NCBI GenBank assembly: GCA_963701965.1
Contig: OY969695.1
Coordinates: 3,200,001 to 3,264,000, forward strand
Direction: 5' to 3'
From: an uncultured Gemmatimonadales bacterium
Lineage (GTDB): Bacteria > Gemmatimonadota > Gemmatimonadetes > Gemmatimonadales > Gemmatimonadaceae
Length of the DNA stretch: 64,000 nt
A model generated the notes under the pieces. The model saw nothing but the letters and a program-made list of their open reading frames with translations, searched no databases and was not told where the DNA came from. The position numbers were made by a program, and so were the translations under genes. Of this stretch, positions 39,260 to 49,246 are shown piece by piece (the first letter of the stretch is position 1; each line of letters begins with the position of its first letter).

Positions 39260-40741
39260 ATGGCCTCCCCACTGCGCGCCCGCACGCTCGGCCTGGCCGG
39301 CATTCTCCTCGCTGTTGGCTGCGGCGAGCCTACCGTGCCGAACTACGCCTCGCCCAATCCGGCCGTCACCACGCGGACCGGGCTCCAGACGCTGGTCACG
39401 GGACTCTTCGGCGGCACCCGGAATGATCTGGTGTGGATCATGACGGAGTTCGCGTCGTTCGGGCGCGACGGCGCGAACTTTACCAACACCGATCCGCGAT
39501 TCATCACCGAGTTCCTGGGCGATGGTACCCCGATCGGTAACTCGGACTTCGGTGTCTTTGGTTGGAACAATCAATTCCAGATGATGCGCACGGCCGACAG
39601 CGTCCTGCAGGCGCTGCCTGGTGTCACATCGCCAACCGCGTACTCGGCAAACGAGCGTGCGCAGATCACCGGCGTGACCCAGACGATCAAAGCGCTGAAC
39701 ATCATGTATCTCGCCGAGCAGCGCGATACGTCCGGGGTGCCGATCGGCGGTGACGTACTCAATGATCTGGGAAAGGCCGCACCCATTCTGTGTAACAAAG
39801 ATGTCTGGGCGGCCATCGTCGCACTGCTCGACTCGGCGAACACCCAGCTCAATGTCGACCAAACCGATCCGCTGCCGATCGCGCTGCCGGCGGGGTTCGC
39901 CGCCGTGTCGACTTCCGCGGGGCCGAGCACCAAAGCCGGCTCGTTCGCGTCGCTCAACCGGGCGTTGGCGGGAAAGGCGAATCTGGAGCTGGCCTATGCG
40001 ATCGCGCGCTCGACTGCCGGCGCCGCGCCGACCGCGACATCGGCCGGCACACCCGATCACACGGCACTGGAACGCGCCGACAGCGCCCTCAGCGCGTCGG
40101 CGCTCTATCAGCCCGGGCAGCTCACGGCTCCGGTACCCGGTCCGTTCAGTGATCCCATCGCCGTCTATCACTCGTTCAGTGGGACGTCGGGCGATCAGGT
40201 CAACCCGATCAGCGGCGAGATCGGCACGTTCCGCATCATGAACGAGTTCGTGGCGTCCGTCGACACGGCGCATGACGCCCGTTGGAAAGCCAAGTTCATC
40301 GCCAATGCGGCGGCGCCCCAGCAGCAAGCATATTCCGGAGTGTCGGCCCCGTTCATCGTGGACTTCTACCCAAGCGTCAGCAGCCCGGTCCCCATCGTGC
40401 GGAACGAAGAGTTGGTCCTGGTGCGCGCGCAGGTTCGCCTCGGCCTTGCCGATTTCACCGGCGCATGGAATCTGATCAACATGGTGCGCACAGTGGTGGG
40501 ACAACTGCCGGCGGCAACGACGACCACGGACTATGTCTCGACGCGCGATGCGCTGATGCGCGAGCAACGTATCTCGACGGTATTGGAGAGCAGCGGCGAT
40601 CGGGCGATCGCGATCCGCATGTATGGTCTGGCCGCGGCGGTCGATACGACGTGGGGGAGCACCGATACGCACGCGACGCTCATGCCGGTCCCGGTGGCCG
40701 AGCTGGCTGGACGGACGTCTGCGACACCGTCCTGCCAGTGA
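39260..40741 (+). CDS. susD: SusD/RagB-family lipoprotein
   Basis: Lipobox LAVGC; PIVRNEELVLVRAQ, LINMVR, EQRIS...SGDRAI; directly follows SusC. Confidence 0.85.
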   Translation: MASPLRARTLGLAGILLAVGCGEPTVPNYASPNPAVTTRTGLQTLVTGLFGGTRNDLVWIMTEFASFGRDGANFTNTDPRFITEFLGDGTPIGNSDFGVFGWNNQFQMMRTADSVLQALPGVTSPTAYSANERAQITGVTQTIKALNIMYLAEQRDTSGVPIGGDVLNDLGKAAPILCNKDVWAAIVALLDSANTQLNVDQTDPLPIALPAGFAAVSTSAGPSTKAGSFASLNRALAGKANLELAYAIARSTAGAAPTATSAGTPDHTALERADSALSASALYQPGQLTAPVPGPFSDPIAVYHSFSGTSGDQVNPISGEIGTFRIMNEFVASVDTAHDARWKAKFIANAAAPQQQAYSGVSAPFIVDFYPSVSSPVPIVRNEELVLVRAQVRLGLADFTGAWNLINMVRTVVGQLPAATTTTDYVSTRDALMREQRISTVLESSGDRAIAIRMYGLAAAVDTTWGSTDTHATLMPVPVAELAGRTSATPSCQ

Positions 40742-41719
40742 AGCGCCTCCTGGCGCTGCTCGCCCTCGTCGGTTGCTCGGGGCCGCGCCCGACCGCGTGG
40801 CACGATGCCTCGCCGCACACGCAGCGATTCGTCACCGTGCCCGGCGGCGTTCGGCTCGAGGTGTTGGACTGGGGTGGCAGCGGGCCTCCCTTGGTGTTCC
40901 TCGCGGGACTCGAGAACACCGCCCACGTGTTCGACGATTTCGCGCCACGGTTCACGAAGGACTTTCATGTCTATGGGATCACGCGCCGTGGGTGGGGTGC
41001 GTCCAGCCGCCCGCCCAAGGGCGGCGGCAACTACACGATCCCACTTCTAGTGCAGGATGTCCATGCCGCGCTGGACAGCCTGCACTTGGACACCGTGACT
41101 CTCGTCGGACATTCGATCGCGGGCCAGGAATTGTCGTGGCTGGCGGCGACGTATCCCGACCGCGTCAAGCACTTGGTGTATCTCGACGCCGGGTTCGACT
41201 ATCACGCGCACCCGGTACCGTCGCCACTGCCGGACCAGCCGCCGCCCACGGCGGCGGACTCGGCGTCGGCGACGGCAGGACTCGCGTTTTTTCGGCGGAT
41301 GAACGGCGCGCCGCTGCCCGAGGGCGATTACCGCGCAACGGAGAGTCTCAGTGTCGTGGGTCGGGATCTCGGCCCCGCGACGTCCGGGATCATCTCCGGT
41401 GAAGTGATCGGCTCGGCGGCGGGTTTGGCACCGCCGCTCGATCGCGTGCGCGGGCCCGTGCTCGCGATCTACGACCGGCCGACGTCGGTCACCGAGTTCA
41501 TTCCGTGGCTCACGGCGGCCGATTCGGCGGCGCCCCGGATCGAGCATTCTGGTCGTGGAATGGCGCGATGCGCAGCAGACGGAGTTCGCCTCCCAGGTGC
41601 CGCAGGCGCGCATCGTGGCACTCCCGGGCGTCTCGCACTACGTCTTCGTGGTCGCGCCGGACACGGTGTATCACATCATGCACGATTTCTTGGCGACGGA
41701 TCGGCGCGCCTCGCGCTAG
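40738..41719 (+). CDS. Alpha/beta hydrolase lipoprotein, frameshifted at ~41547
   Basis: GTG start overlapping the SusD stop, MKRLLALLALVGC; LDWGG, TRRGWG, GHSIAG; the +1 frame supplies ARIVALPGVSHYVF...TAG 41717-19. Confidence 0.85.
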
Positions 41720-41726
41720 CCGGGAA

Positions 41727-43298
41727 CTATTCTTTCCGCTCCATCCCGTCGAGATCGAGGTCGGCCCAGTCCAGCTCTTCCTCGACGCGATGAAAGGCAT
41801 CGTCGCCGATCGCGCCGTTGGCCCGCAACTCGACCAAGCTGCGTCGCTCGGCCGACTGCGCGAGGCGGCGGTCGGCCACGTCCAGCTGGGCGGTGACGTC
41901 GTCCGCGGCGTCGTGGGTGCCCGTGCGCACGATATGCTCGGCGTGCCGGGCGCGGAGCGCGTACTGCTGGTGGAGCGGCGTGTCCGTCTCGCCGGCGGAT
42001 TCCAGCGCGGCGAGGCCCGCGCGCGACGCCTCCGCGCGCGCCAGCCACACCTCGCGGTCGACCGATCCGTCATCCTCCAACCCGAGGACCTCCTTGAGCG
42101 GCTTCAATGTCAGCCCCTGCATGACCAGCGTGCCGACGACCACGGCGAACGCGGTGAACTGCACCAGGTCGCGGTGGGGAAACGCGGCGGTGCCGTTCGC
42201 GCCGTCGGGGAGCGCGAGCGCGGCGGCGAGCGTCACCATGCCGCGCATGCCGCACCATCCGACGAGAAGGGACCCGCGCCATGTCGGCGGCGCCATGGCC
42301 GGGTGACTTGGTACGGTGCGCGCGATGAAGGCGTAGCCGGCCACCCAAACCATACGGACGACGATGACCAGAAGACACACGGCGGCGGCGGTCAGCCCGT
42401 GCCTGACGAGCGAGAACTCACTCAGCCGTTCCAAAATCGGCCTGATCTGCAGGCCCACGAGGATGAAGGCCAGGACGTTGAGAACAAAGACGACGACGTC
42501 CCACACCGCGTACGACGGGATCCGTAACCGCGCGGGCATCAGAATGGGCGCGCGGCGGGCAATGAGGATGGCATAGACGACCACCGTGATGACGCCGGAG
42601 AGTCCGAGATCCTCGGCCAGGATCCACACCGCGAACGTGGACAGGAACTGCACGATCACCGACGTGGCGACATCTTCGACTTTGACGATGCTCATGAGCA
42701 GGAGGCGCGCGAGCACGACGGCGAGGATGATGCTGCCCGCGGTCCCTAAGAGCAGTGTGGGAATCGCACGCCATCCGTTGAACGCGCCGGTGATCGCCGC
42801 GGCGACCGCCACGCGGTAGATGAGGAGCGCGCTGGCGTCGTTGAACAGGCTCTCGCCTTCCAGAATCACGAGCAGGCGGTGGGGCAGGCGTAGGGGACGG
42901 AGCACCGCGGTGGCCGCCGTGGCGTCCGGCGGCGCCACGATCGCGCCGAGCGCAATGGCCACGGCCCACGGGACGTCCGGCATCAACCAGTGGACCAGAA
43001 GCGCCACCGCGGCAATGGTGGCCATGACGGCGCCGATGGCCAGGGCCGCGATCGGCCGCCAATAGTACCGGAGATCCCGCGGCGAGATATCGAAAGCGGC
43101 GTCGAGCAACACCGGGGAAACGAACAGCGTCAGCGCCAGACGCGGGTCGAGAACGATCCTCGGCGTGTGTGGGAGGAGCGCGAGGGCAGTCCCGGCGATC
43201 GCCAACAGCGCCGGGTACGGGACGCGCAGCCGGCGCGCCCAGGCCGAGAGGATGGCGCCAATGAACAGCAACGCGATGAGGAGCTGAAACAGGGCCAT
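41727..43298 (-). CDS. CPA1-family Na+/H+ antiporter (NhaP/YjcE-like)
   Basis: LGAIVAPPDA, LEGESLFNDASAL, FILVGLQ, GMRGMVTLAAALAL, QGLTL. Confidence 0.93.
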   Translation of the reverse strand: MALFQLLIALLFIGAILSAWARRLRVPYPALLAIAGTALALLPHTPRIVLDPRLALTLFVSPVLLDAAFDISPRDLRYYWRPIAALAIGAVMATIAAVALLVHWLMPDVPWAVAIALGAIVAPPDATAATAVLRPLRLPHRLLVILEGESLFNDASALLIYRVAVAAAITGAFNGWRAIPTLLLGTAGSIILAVVLARLLLMSIVKVEDVATSVIVQFLSTFAVWILAEDLGLSGVITVVVYAILIARRAPILMPARLRIPSYAVWDVVVFVLNVLAFILVGLQIRPILERLSEFSLVRHGLTAAAVCLLVIVVRMVWVAGYAFIARTVPSHPAMAPPTWRGSLLVGWCGMRGMVTLAAALALPDGANGTAAFPHRDLVQFTAFAVVVGTLVMQGLTLKPLKEVLGLEDDGSVDREVWLARAEASRAGLAALESAGETDTPLHQQYALRARHAEHIVRTGTHDAADDVTAQLDVADRRLAQSAERRSLVELRANGAIGDDAFHRVEEELDWADLDLDGMERKE

Positions 43299-43326
43299 CG
43301 AGGAACAATACCTCGTGGCCCCGACG

Positions 43327-45717
43327 TCACTGTGTTCGAACGAGCTCTTGTACGGCCACGCGATGCAAGGTGGGGTAAGGCACGCCCGGTCCTTTCACGG
43401 TGCGCCACAGGATGTGATTGAAGGCCTCATCGTCGACGCGGTCCGGCTCCGAGAAATCGGCGCGCGCCGACCGGCGGGCGTCGGGACCCGTGGCCACGTT
43501 GAGCTGGTCGAACGGTTGCGCGGGTTTCAGTGCGACGTACGGCCGATGATCCGGATGGTCGCTCCAGATATCGCGGAGCGGGCGGCCGAAGTGGTCGAAC
43601 TGCGACATGGCGGGAAGGCCGAGGATCTCTTCGATCGTCGCGATGACGTCGGTCGTGTTGGTGAATCGGTGCAACACGCCGCCGCGATTCCACGCCGATA
43701 TCGCGAGCATCACAGAGCGGTGCGAGTCGACGTGATCGGGGCCATCCTGCGCATCGTCTTCGAGGACGAAGACGACTGTGCTGTCCCAGAACCGTGACCG
43801 GGAGAGGCCTTCCACAATGCGGCCGAGGGCGAGATCGTTATCGGCGAAGTACGCCTGTGGCGTCGGCCGGCCCAGGCGCGCGCCCGCCGTATGATCGTTG
43901 GGCAAGTGCATGATCTCGAGCGCCGGCATGTGCCCCGTCTGCTCGAACTGATGCAGCTCGGTGAGCCACGCATCGGCGCGCCGCTGGTCCGGCACGGACA
44001 GGTCGAACGGCGGATAGATCGGACTGACGTACGGCGCGAGCTCCGGCTTGAGCGCGCGATACACCGGAGCGCCGTGGTCGCCCGAGTCGCGGGGCATCGT
44101 CTCCTCGAACTCGCCGTACTCCCGCACCGAGAGCCCCTTCTGGCGGGCGATGTCCCACAGGTACCCATTCGCCGGGTCATCCGCGCTACCCAAGGCCTCG
44201 GGCTCCGGCCGTTTCCCGCGATAGAGATCCGGGGTCGTCTTCTCCGTATAGTCGGTCACGTATGCCGCGGTGGACCACTGATGTCCCTGTTGGCTCACTT
44301 CGGCGTTCACGAAAAACCGATCGAACAGACCGAACCGCTCGGCGAGCGCGTGGTGATTCGGCGAGATGGCGCGCGGAAAGAACACCAGCGTGCTATCGCC
44401 GTCGGCTGCGCGGATGTCGCCCAGCACCTGATCGTACGTGCGGTTCTCCTTGATGATGTAGACCACGTGCGAGAAGGGCGGGTAGTGCGCGTGGGCCGCG
44501 CGCGTCGTGTCCCAGTTGTCGGCGCGCGCCACGCGCCGCGACAGGGTATCGAGTGCGGCGCCGCGCGCGTCCGGCAGCACGGTGATCGTCCCATCGAGCT
44601 GACCGAGGTCGTATTCGTGGGCATCGAACTTGGCGAACGGCACGTTCGGTTGCGGCCCCCCGCGATTCGGACCCGCCCCGCGGCCCTTGCCGTTGACGAC
44701 CCATAGCGAATCGCCCCGTCCCGCGACCACGATCACCGACGGATACCATTCGGTTGGGATGCGTCCCGCCAACGCGCCCGTCGCCAGGTCGAACACCGCG
44801 ACCGCGTTCGCGTCCGCCTCGGCGACGAAGAGTTTGGTCCCGTCCGCCGAAAACGCGAGTGCGTCCGGCGTGCTGCCTTCGGTGACGCCATCGGGCGGCG
44901 GGTCGCTGAGCCAGCGGAGTACCCGGCGGGCTTTGGTGTCGACGATGCTGACGCGGTCGGTGCTGGCCGAGGCGACATACAAGCGCGAGCCGTCGGCGTT
45001 CAACAGCAGCGCCGACGGGTGCCGACCGACGTCGATCGGTCGCTCGCTGGCGAGGCGGCCGGTCGGCGTCGCGCGATAGACGGTGACCTCCGCCGCGTCC
45101 CAGGCCGACACATACACGTGGCCGTCGGGCGCGACCGCCACCGCGTACGGATACGCGCCGGCGCCGAGTCGCTGCACGACGCGCCGGGTGGCCAGATCGA
45201 TGACCGCGAGCGAGTCACTCAGGTTCTCGGCGACGTAGAGGCGGCGGCCGTCCGGCGACAACGCGATGCCGGCCGGATAGCGCGCGGTGCTGGTATCGCC
45301 GCGGGCGAGCGGGATGCTGTCGGCGCGGCTCGCCGGCGCCGGGGCGGCCGAGTTCCAGCGGTAGGCGTAGATCGCGTTCGTCATTCCTCCGGACGCGTAC
45401 AGCGTACGGCCATCGGCGCTCCAGGCCAGTCCGAGGAACGCGCCTGGCTGCTCGAACCGCTGGACGACGGCGCCCGACGCGCGGTCCACGACCTCAATGC
45501 CTTGCTCGCGCCAGCCCGAGAGACTGACCACGAGCCAACGGCCATCGGCCGAGGGCAGGGCGGCGAGCGGCATGTTGCCCAGCGGGATCGAACGCCCGGC
45601 GGGATCGAGACGCAGGCCCGTGGGGAGGCGTTGTGACGTCGGCGGCGCGGGGTCCACCGCGGGCTGATGCGACGTGCACGCCGCCAGCACGAGTCCCAAG
45701 GCCATGAGGGCTTTCAT
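43327..45717 (-). CDS. Bifunctional YncE beta-propeller / phosphoesterase (alkaline-phosphatase-like) lipoprotein
   Basis: Lipobox LAAC; YVTN-type repeats; IIKENRTYD, LPNDHT, EDDAQDGPDHVDSHRS. Confidence 0.9.
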   Translation of the reverse strand: MKALMALGLVLAACTSHQPAVDPAPPTSQRLPTGLRLDPAGRSIPLGNMPLAALPSADGRWLVVSLSGWREQGIEVVDRASGAVVQRFEQPGAFLGLAWSADGRTLYASGGMTNAIYAYRWNSAAPAPASRADSIPLARGDTSTARYPAGIALSPDGRRLYVAENLSDSLAVIDLATRRVVQRLGAGAYPYAVAVAPDGHVYVSAWDAAEVTVYRATPTGRLASERPIDVGRHPSALLLNADGSRLYVASASTDRVSIVDTKARRVLRWLSDPPPDGVTEGSTPDALAFSADGTKLFVAEADANAVAVFDLATGALAGRIPTEWYPSVIVVAGRGDSLWVVNGKGRGAGPNRGGPQPNVPFAKFDAHEYDLGQLDGTITVLPDARGAALDTLSRRVARADNWDTTRAAHAHYPPFSHVVYIIKENRTYDQVLGDIRAADGDSTLVFFPRAISPNHHALAERFGLFDRFFVNAEVSQQGHQWSTAAYVTDYTEKTTPDLYRGKRPEPEALGSADDPANGYLWDIARQKGLSVREYGEFEETMPRDSGDHGAPVYRALKPELAPYVSPIYPPFDLSVPDQRRADAWLTELHQFEQTGHMPALEIMHLPNDHTAGARLGRPTPQAYFADNDLALGRIVEGLSRSRFWDSTVVFVLEDDAQDGPDHVDSHRSVMLAISAWNRGGVLHRFTNTTDVIATIEEILGLPAMSQFDHFGRPLRDIWSDHPDHRPYVALKPAQPFDQLNVATGPDARRSARADFSEPDRVDDEAFNHILWRTVKGPGVPYPTLHRVAVQELVRTQ

Positions 45718-45788
45718 GCTGGTAGTGTGCGCAGTCGACGGGACGCCGCGCTAGGACCAAGGCGGGCCTCCCCGACCATACCATATTC

Positions 45789-47180
45789 CTACTTGGGCAT
45801 CGGCAGCGGCACGTGGCGCGGCACGTTGAGACGTCCTTGATCGACGACGATATACCCGTCGCGCACCACGAGGGCCACCTTGGCCAGATCATCGAGCGAG
45901 ACGTCGGGCTGGCCATCGATGACGGTGATGTCGGCGAGCTTCCCGGGTTCCAGCGTGCCGAGTTTGTCGCCCATGTCGAGGAACTGCGCGTTGACGCGCG
46001 TCGCAACCTCCAGCGCCCCGGGCACGGTGTATCCCAGTTTCACGAACTGTTTGAGCTCTGTGATGTACGGGTCCGGGAGATAACGAAACCAGTCGAGCAC
46101 GAGATCCGTGCCGATGCCCAACTTGATGCCGGCTTGCTTCATCTTGCGGACCAGCTCGAAGTTGGCGTCCTTGGAGAACGTGAAGCGGCGCGACGGCGCG
46201 CCGTAGTAGCCGCCGGCCGAGTTGAAAATGATGATGTAGGGGATCAGGGTGGGATCGGATTCCGTGCCTTTCCGCGCCATGAGCTGGATCGTCTCGTCCG
46301 ACCGCGGCAGCGGGTGCTCGATCATGTCGATCCCGGCGTCGACCGCCCACATCGTATAGAACGTCTCGCAGTCGCACGTCACCTTGAGTCCCAGGGCGTG
46401 CGCCTCCTGAATCGCCGCCGACACCTCGGCGCGCGTGAAGTGACTGGCGATCTTGATGAGGTCCGCGCCCTGGGCGAATTCCTCGCGCACCGCCAGGCGC
46501 CAGTCGTCCGGTCCCGTCGCCACCCGAATCATCCCGAGCGCCGGACTGTTGTAGGCACCGCCGTCGTCGCCATGGCCGCCTTCGGCCGTGATCAGCTTGC
46601 CCGCGGCGAAGATGCGGGGCCCGGGAATGCGGTTCTGGCTTACCCACGCCTGCAGGCGAAACGGCACCTCGCCCTGTGACCCGACATCCCGGATGCTCGT
46701 GATGCCGCTCTCGATATAGTAGCGGAGATGCTCGGCGCCCCGGAGCGTCGCATCGGAGGGGCTATCCGCGATTGGCCCCGGCGTGCCCGGATCGGGAAAC
46801 GTGAGGTGCGTGTGCAGGTCGATCAGCCCGGGAAGGACCGTTTTGCCGCCCAGATCGATCACCTTGGCGTCGGACGGCCAGGCGGTGGATGTCGCCGGGA
46901 GAATCCGATCGATGTGATTGCGGACAATGACCAGCGTGCCCGGATGCGCCGGCGCTCCCGTGCCATCGAAGATCCGGCCATTCCGGAGCACGAGGGTGCC
47001 CGGCGGGCCGCCGATTCCTGATGGCACCGGCGTGCGGCGCGGGTCGTCGGATACCGACATCAATGGCGAGGCGAACCGTTGCCGCTCGCTGCGCGAGACG
47101 GACGAGTCTTGCGCGGCAGCGCGCGCGGAGACCACGACGATCCAACACGTCAGGAGTCGGGCGATCGAACGGCTGGTCAC
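45789..47180 (-). CDS. Secreted amidohydrolase-family metalloenzyme
   Basis: LPGLIDLHTH, GITSIRD, GADLIK, IEH, GTD, GTLEPGKLAD. Confidence 0.88.
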   Translation of the reverse strand: MTSRSIARLLTCWIVVVSARAAAQDSSVSRSERQRFASPLMSVSDDPRRTPVPSGIGGPPGTLVLRNGRIFDGTGAPAHPGTLVIVRNHIDRILPATSTAWPSDAKVIDLGGKTVLPGLIDLHTHLTFPDPGTPGPIADSPSDATLRGAEHLRYYIESGITSIRDVGSQGEVPFRLQAWVSQNRIPGPRIFAAGKLITAEGGHGDDGGAYNSPALGMIRVATGPDDWRLAVREEFAQGADLIKIASHFTRAEVSAAIQEAHALGLKVTCDCETFYTMWAVDAGIDMIEHPLPRSDETIQLMARKGTESDPTLIPYIIIFNSAGGYYGAPSRRFTFSKDANFELVRKMKQAGIKLGIGTDLVLDWFRYLPDPYITELKQFVKLGYTVPGALEVATRVNAQFLDMGDKLGTLEPGKLADITVIDGQPDVSLDDLAKVALVVRDGYIVVDQGRLNVPRHVPLPMPK

Positions 47181-48052
47181 AGCGCTGCTCCGGGGTACGT
47201 GGATATCCAGGCTGGCGGTTCGGGCTCACGCGTGCCGTCCACCGCGACATTCCGCATGCGCGCCCATCGGTAGCCCCACATCGGACCAAATTTCGAGACG
47301 AACGTGTCCGGGGCGCGATAGGCCGCATCCGATTCGGCGGCGGCAAGCGTGATGAAGCGATAGTGGGCTTGCTCGAAAATCGCGAGTACCTGCGCGATCA
47401 CGTCGGCGTTGAGGCGATTGTCGTGGAGGAGCATGACCTCCGGCGGCTCGCGGCCCCAAACGCGCGTATCGAGCGCCGCGTAGTAGGCGACCTCGCTCCG
47501 CGTATAGGCGAGATAGTCGGTGCGGAGGCGCGCGGCGGACGCCGAGTCGTGCCGGGCGAGCATCCGGACGTAGGCGGCGTTGAAGATGAAGTCGTCGTTC
47601 GTCATGGTGCACGCGGCCACGCGGTAGCCGCGCTCCCGGAGAAACGCCGCGATCGCGTCGTGCTTTTCCGGCGTGTCGCCGGTGTGATTGTAGGGAAAAC
47701 GAAAGAAAGTGGGGCGCTTCGCGCCCTCGCCGCGGACCACGTCGGCCTCGAAGTCTGCCACCGAGCGCTGGTCCAAGTCCTGATGCGAGAACGTGTGATT
47801 GCCGAGCGCGAAGCCCGCGCGCGTCCACTGGTCGAGGACTTGGGTGTCGGCGCGCTCGCCGATCACGAACCCCGTCGCGGGCACGTGGTGTTGGACCAGT
47901 GCGGCAATGATCTGCTGATTCACCGATGCCGCCGCGGTGTCACCCGCGATCGCGACGTAGGGAAGATCGTCGAAGGTGATCGCCACCTGGTGCTGTGCGC
48001 TGGCGCTGCGGGCGATGAGCAGCGAGACAATGACAACGGCGGGAGTTTTCAT
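47177..48052 (-). CDS. Polysaccharide deacetylase (CE4/NodB)
   Basis: ITFDDLP, GNHTFSH, FRFPY, MLLH; signal peptide from MKTPAV. Confidence 0.9.
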   Translation of the reverse strand: MKTPAVVIVSLLIARSASAQHQVAITFDDLPYVAIAGDTAAASVNQQIIAALVQHHVPATGFVIGERADTQVLDQWTRAGFALGNHTFSHQDLDQRSVADFEADVVRGEGAKRPTFFRFPYNHTGDTPEKHDAIAAFLRERGYRVAACTMTNDDFIFNAAYVRMLARHDSASAARLRTDYLAYTRSEVAYYAALDTRVWGREPPEVMLLHDNRLNADVIAQVLAIFEQAHYRFITLAAAESDAAYRAPDTFVSKFGPMWGYRWARMRNVAVDGTREPEPPAWISTYPGAAL

Positions 48053-48098
48053 TTTAGGGCACATCCACCGCGCCAACCCCGCATATAGCTTTCGCGGC

Positions 48099-48746
48099 AT
48101 GAGCGAGACACCTACGCCGCGCACGCGCGTCAAGCGATATCCTGACCGCGGTCACTATGACCGCCAGACGATCTACGACATCGTCGACGCGGCATTCATT
48201 TGCCACGTCGGCTACGCGATCGACGGTCAGCCGTATGTGACGCCCACCGCGCACTGGCGCCTTGACGATCACGTGTACTGGCACGGCTCGTCGGCGAGCC
48301 GCATGTTGCGCGCGCAGACTGGCGGCACGCCGGTGTGCCTCACGGTCACGCACGTCGATGGATTGGTCCTGGCGCGCTCCGGCTTTCATCACTCGATGAA
48401 CTATCGGTCGGTGATGGCCCTCGGCCACGCGGAGATCGTGCGTGACGACGCGGAGAAGCTGGCGGCCATGGAGGCGTTCGTCGAGCGGCTCGTCCGCGGG
48501 CGATGGGCCACCACGAGGACGCCGACGGCTCAAGAGCTCAAGGCCATGTCGGTGTTGCGCATGAGTCTCGACGAGGCGTCGGCGAAGGTGCGCATGGGGC
48601 CGCCCATCGATGAGGATGGGGACTATGGTCTTCCCGCATGGGCCGGAGTCATCCCGCTGTCACTCACCTTCGGTGCGCCCGAACCGGACCCGCGCCTGCA
48701 CGATGGCGCGCTGCCCCCACCGACCCCGGACGCGTTGCGGCGCTAG
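48099..48746 (+). CDS. Pyridoxamine 5'-phosphate oxidase-like flavin-binding protein
   Basis: RGHYDR, PYVTPT, HGSSASRML, DGLVLARSGFHHSMNYRSV, WAGVIP. Confidence 0.9.
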   Translation: MSETPTPRTRVKRYPDRGHYDRQTIYDIVDAAFICHVGYAIDGQPYVTPTAHWRLDDHVYWHGSSASRMLRAQTGGTPVCLTVTHVDGLVLARSGFHHSMNYRSVMALGHAEIVRDDAEKLAAMEAFVERLVRGRWATTRTPTAQELKAMSVLRMSLDEASAKVRMGPPIDEDGDYGLPAWAGVIPLSLTFGAPEPDPRLHDGALPPPTPDALRR

Positions 48747-48748
48747 AG

Positions 48749-49246
48749 TCACTCGCGCGCCCGCGCGGTCCATTGCCACATTCCGCTCATCGTGTCGATG
48801 GTGACGGGGTACCCGAGGAGCCGCGCCTGCACGAGGATCTGTCCTCGATGATGGCCGTCGTGCACCATGTAGTACGCCAGAAAAGTCGTGGCGTCGTGGG
48901 ATGAGCCGCCGATCCGTTTGTCCTCCGCGAGCGCGGGTCCGACGATCGCCAGGACGGCGCGCCGTTTGGCGCCGAGGGCGCGTACGGCGAGGGCGGGAGT
49001 GACGCGGTGCCGGTCGAGATCGGGCGGCACGGTGATGCGCGGGGCCGCCCGCCGGAGATACGTGAGTCCGCAGTTGTGCATATGGGCCACGAGCGCCGCG
49101 ATCGTGCGGAGGCGCGGCGCCGGCGGTTTGGCGCGCCACACGGCGGGATCGAGCCGCTCGACGAGATACTGATTGACGCGGGCGCTGGCCGAGTAGGCGC
49201 GCAGCAGAGCGGCGCCGGCGTCGACGGATCGGCTACTGCTTTTTAT
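48749..49246 (-). CDS. DinB/YfiT-family protein
   Basis: AHMHN and HDGHHRGQ metal-binding His; frame open to an ATA at 49246 preceded by GAGG. Confidence 0.8.
   Translation of the reverse strand: MKSSSRSVDAGAALLRAYSASARVNQYLVERLDPAVWRAKPPAPRLRTIAALVAHMHNCGLTYLRRAAPRITVPPDLDRHRVTPALAVRALGAKRRAVLAIVGPALAEDKRIGGSSHDATTFLAYYMVHDGHHRGQILVQARLLGYPVTIDTMSGMWQWTARARE

Noticed and set aside
36990..39272. Long antisense or alternate-frame ORFs (also 5087..6487, 10301..11773, 17372..19435, 17419..19347, 51332..52885, 61334..62764)
   Set aside because: Shadow ORFs expected in high-GC DNA overlapping well-supported genes; no recognisable motifs.
40282..40737. Upstream extension of the hydrolase ORF
   Set aside because: Overlaps SusD out of frame; the lipoprotein signal begins at GTG 40738.
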